NCBI GenBank assembly: GCA_050728815.1
Contig: JBOHKB010000371.1
Span: 1-54,749 of the forward strand
Direction: 5' to 3'
Length of the DNA stretch: 54,749 nucleotides
DNA from: Propylenella sp.
Lineage (GTDB): Bacteria > Pseudomonadota > Alphaproteobacteria > Rhizobiales > Afifellaceae
The position numbers and the translations under genes were made by a program. The notes beneath the pieces were generated by a model. It saw nothing but the letters and a program-made list of their open reading frames with translations. It was not told the DNA's origin and made no database searches. Shown one piece after another: positions 53,916 through 54,749 of the stretch; positions within the stretch are counted from its first letter, which is position 1; every line of letters starts with the position of its first letter.

Positions 53916-54749
53916 ATGCGAACAGGAAGGTTCCAGGCGCCGATAAGCATTGTCGCCCGACTTGCGCTCGCGCTACTGATTTTCACGGCGACGACATCAT
54001 CCTTACTTGCTCAGGCTAAGCGGGACGTAGCTTCCGAGCAACAGCGGATCGATGCGCTTACCCGGGAAATCACGATTGCCCTCGCGGCAGCCAGCAACGC
54101 GGTTGACCGCTCCGCGAGGAAGGTCAGCCTGCTTCAGGCACTCGCCTCGCTTGACGCCCTGGCTCTCGAATCGGCGGAGACCGCTGGCGCGTTCGATGTT
54201 CAGGCGCTCCTGCAAGAAACGGCATCTGCGGTGCTGGCCGATCCGAGCGATGCCTCGTTCGAGGGAGCCAGGGACGATCTGACGATTCTGCGGACAATTG
54301 TGAACCGGATTGGGGATCCGGTCGTGCGCCTTCCAAATCTGATCGAGATCGCCAAGCTGGAGTTGCGCAACGGCCAAACGACCAGCAGCAAAGGCACCTT
54401 GCTCAAATCGAGCGACTTGGTGACGCGAATGGATCCGGGCGACGTGCAGGATCGGTTTCTCGCCGGCCTAATCCGTGCCGCCATGCCGATCGAGTCGCTC
54501 GAGTTGATGATCCTCGCCGAGTGGATTCCGCGGGTGGGCGACGCCACGCTCCGTAGCACCGCAGCGAGAGCCTTCGCCCTCTATCTCCTTTCCCACAACC
54601 GCGTGAACAACGAGGTTCGTCAATCGATCGGAATCAGAGACATCGCACGGCGTGACCAGCGCTTGGCGGAACTGGCCCAAGGCTATGCGAGCACCCGTCG
54701 TTTTCGAAACGCTCTCCTCTCCGCACTGACGATCGAAGTTGCAGGACTT
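53916..54749 (+). CDS. secreted alpha-helical protein of unknown function, 3' end beyond the window
   Basis: Not in the ORF track (no in-window stop). ATG 53916 follows a caggag SD. MRTGRFQAPISIVARLALALLIFTATTSSLLAQA (signal peptide), then a Leu/Ala-rich sequence open to 54749 (278 codons). Confidence 0.55.
   Translation, partial: MRTGRFQAPISIVARLALALLIFTATTSSLLAQAKRDVASEQQRIDALTREITIALAAASNAVDRSARKVSLLQALASLDALALESAETAGAFDVQALLQETASAVLADPSDASFEGARDDLTILRTIVNRIGDPVVRLPNLIEIAKLELRNGQTTSSKGTLLKSSDLVTRMDPGDVQDRFLAGLIRAAMPIESLELMILAEWIPRVGDATLRSTAARAFALYLLSHNRVNNEVRQSIGIRDIARRDQRLAELAQGYASTRRFRNALLSALTIEVAGL

Overview
High-GC bacterial chromosome segment. The synteny murA-DUF2948-hisD-UPF0262-LMW-PTP-maf-yacG looks alphaproteobacterial/Rhizobiales-like, which is an inference. 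All family calls come from reading the translated ORFs and recalling motifs; no database search was possible. Layout: (1) 1-1.95 kb holds a partial DNA methyltransferase fused to an Mrr-like nuclease domain (missing from the ORF track because it runs off the window) and a small membrane protein. This segment abuts a glycosyltransferase-2 gene that has lost its 3' third, and a 10-bp-phased repeat array sits at the break. (2) 3.4-11.6 kb is a housekeeping block: murA, hisD, maf, yacG, an MMPL/RND transporter and a secreted protein. (3) tRNA-Phe lies at 11934-12009 and is followed by a ~9.6 kb island. The island carries a complete type I R-M system (hsdRMS), two tyrosine recombinases, an Xis-like gene, an HTH/zinc-ribbon gene and an RHH gene, and ends in a gene-fragment scar at 21.6-22.0 kb. 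(4) 22-38.4 kb is an accessory catabolic/uptake region. It contains a PhtD-like decarboxylase, an orphan 2-oxoacid dehydrogenase E1 alpha/beta pair, an MTase-fold protein, a PNPOx-like protein, a LysR regulator with no canonical start codon, an aldehyde dehydrogenase, a second ThDP enzyme, two TctABC (TTT) transporters and a YfcG-like GST. (5) 38.4-39.8 kb is a decayed spacer with a frameshifted AAC(3)-I-like acetyltransferase remnant and a perfect 25-bp palindrome. (6) 39.8-54.7 kb is the most interesting part: an alginate-type (GDP-mannuronate) exopolysaccharide locus. It has algD-, alg8-, alg44- and algL-like genes but a non-canonical gene set. No algG/X/I/J/F/A is recognisable. Instead there are a SAM-MTase, a half-size EamA protein, a 676-aa Sel1-repeat protein, a 627-aa polytopic protein with a GtrA-like N-terminus, a second Alg44 paralogue with a degenerate PilZ domain, and a TPR/beta-barrel fusion. 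I saw no rRNA, CRISPR array or IS transposase. Many long track ORFs are antisense or alternate-frame artefacts of high GC content.
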